In this document: piece after piece, positions 62,872-64,000 of the stretch
Layout: the number at the start of each line of letters is the position of its first letter
Numbering within the stretch: the first letter of the stretch is position 1
Assembly (NCBI GenBank): GCA_034439575.1
Contig: JAWXAQ010000022.1
Location: forward strand, 99,684-163,683
Length of the DNA stretch: 64,000 nucleotides
Reading direction: 5' to 3'
From: Leptospira sp.
GTDB lineage: Bacteria; Spirochaetota; Leptospiria; Leptospirales; Leptospiraceae
The notes under the pieces: generated by a model
Database searches by the model: none
The model's input: the letters and a program-made list of their open reading frames with translations, nothing else
Told to the model about the DNA's origin: nothing
Translations under genes and position numbers: made by a program

Positions 62872-64000
62872 GTAACGTTTTTGCGGATGATTAAATTTTT
62901 AATATTTTGCCTAAACCTGACAAATACCCAATGAATAATAAATAAAAAAGGGATATGATCCAAAACACACATTGCACCACAGTTCCCTTCTTCGTTTTCC
63001 CTTGTCCATAAAATTTTACCTTTTAACTTCTGATAGGCTGAGATTCCAATCCACAAATCAAATTCGGCTTCTATATTTTCTGGATAAATTTTTGAAACAG
63101 GAATATAAAATTTATTCCAATAGATATGAAATAAAGCTGTGTTTTCTTCGCTATCTTTGACCTTCATATCCACAGAACCAAACAAAGGTACAGCGAGCAT
63201 TCTATCTCTAAAGAAATACGGATTTATGGTGCCACCGAAAAAAAACATAAATGCTAATAATGCTGGATAAAGTATAAATAGGGCAAAATAATCTCTTATT
63301 TCCAGATCGATAAATATTTTTGAAACAATGGTTGGATCATAAATCAAGAAAAGAGAACTTACCACAGTCGGAATCATAAAAAAGACTGTCAGGATGATAT
63401 GACGTGAGTTCGGAATTTTAAATAATTTAATATTACTAGTTGAGATATGTTTTTGTACGTTTTGAATCCAACCTTCATGCCGATTGTGCCTGCTTAAAAT
63501 TTCATATTCTTCGACAGTCATATCCATTAATTTTAACACATTGCCTGGTAATAAAATTCTAGATTTTGCAATCGTTATTTCTAAAACAAAAAATAGACTA
63601 AGTAAACAAAGCGGTAAAACTATCAGAATGTGTGAATCAAGAAATAGTGAATAATTATATATTGCATGAACTATGATACAAAATAGAATTCCTAAAAACA
63701 AACGAATCCATCTTGGGGAATTTTTTCCAGAAAAAAGAAATATCATCAAAAATGCACCCGCCAAACCCCCGTTAATCATATGAATGGGGAGTGCCGTGAT
63801 AGAGCGCAAAACTTGAGACCACATACCAGAATCTATAAAATATAATATATTCTCAAAAAGTCCAAATCCTCCACCAAGTACGAGACCGTAAAAAATCCCA
63901 TCGGTTACAGAAAAATTGTCCTGATTCTTTCTGAAAAAAATATAAATTCCAAAAAGTTTTGAAATTTCTTCGACCCCACCTGACAATATTAAGGCTTTAA
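62868..64000 (-). CDS. PrsW family glutamic intramembrane protease with C-terminal PilZ-like domain (5' end outside the window)
   Basis: VEEISK, FGLFEN, PIHM and HAIYN match the PrsW motifs; C-terminal beta domain ...KGKILWTR...G. Confidence 0.8.
   Translation of the reverse strand, partial: KALILSGGVEEISKLFGIYIFFRKNQDNFSVTDGIFYGLVLGGGFGLFENILYFIDSGMWSQVLRSITALPIHMINGGLAGAFLMIFLFSGKNSPRWIRLFLGILFCIIVHAIYNYSLFLDSHILIVLPLCLLSLFFVLEITIAKSRILLPGNVLKLMDMTVEEYEILSRHNRHEGWIQNVQKHISTSNIKLFKIPNSRHIILTVFFMIPTVVSSLFLIYDPTIVSKIFIDLEIRDYFALFILYPALLAFMFFFGGTINPYFFRDRMLAVPLFGSVDMKVKDSEENTALFHIYWNKFYIPVSKIYPENIEAEFDLWIGISAYQKLKGKILWTRENEEGNCGAMCVLDHIPFLFIIHWVFVRFRQNIKNLIIRKNVT

Overview
AT-rich bacterial chromosomal window. 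Gene content and the many Cys-lipobox lipoproteins point to a spirochete of the Leptospira type (inference from protein families, not a database match). It is mostly housekeeping genes: the end of a type II secretion operon (gspL-M-N), class II ribonucleotide reductase nrdJ, tRNA-Asn(GTT), sdhCAB, lepA, eno, ftsB-like, clpP, tldD/pmbA, dinG, asnS, folD, cysS, rlmB, hisF, gatA/gatC, wcaJ-like, lptD and uvrD. There is an accessory block of envelope genes at about 6.0-11.6 kb and a signalling cluster at 51-64 kb. Several things are missing from the ORF track: a 28-bp dif-like XerCD site at 6808-6835, which suggests the replication terminus; an in-frame TGA at codon 16 of sdhA; a one-base frameshift splitting gatC; and two plausible small proteins (38 aa after the NSS transporter, 59 aa before a STAS gene). 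I saw no CRISPR array, rRNA, integrase or transposase. No single complete novel system is proven. The best candidates are the dif-adjacent block, the two interrupted core genes, and the EAL/STAS/PP2C/PrsW-PilZ-like cluster.
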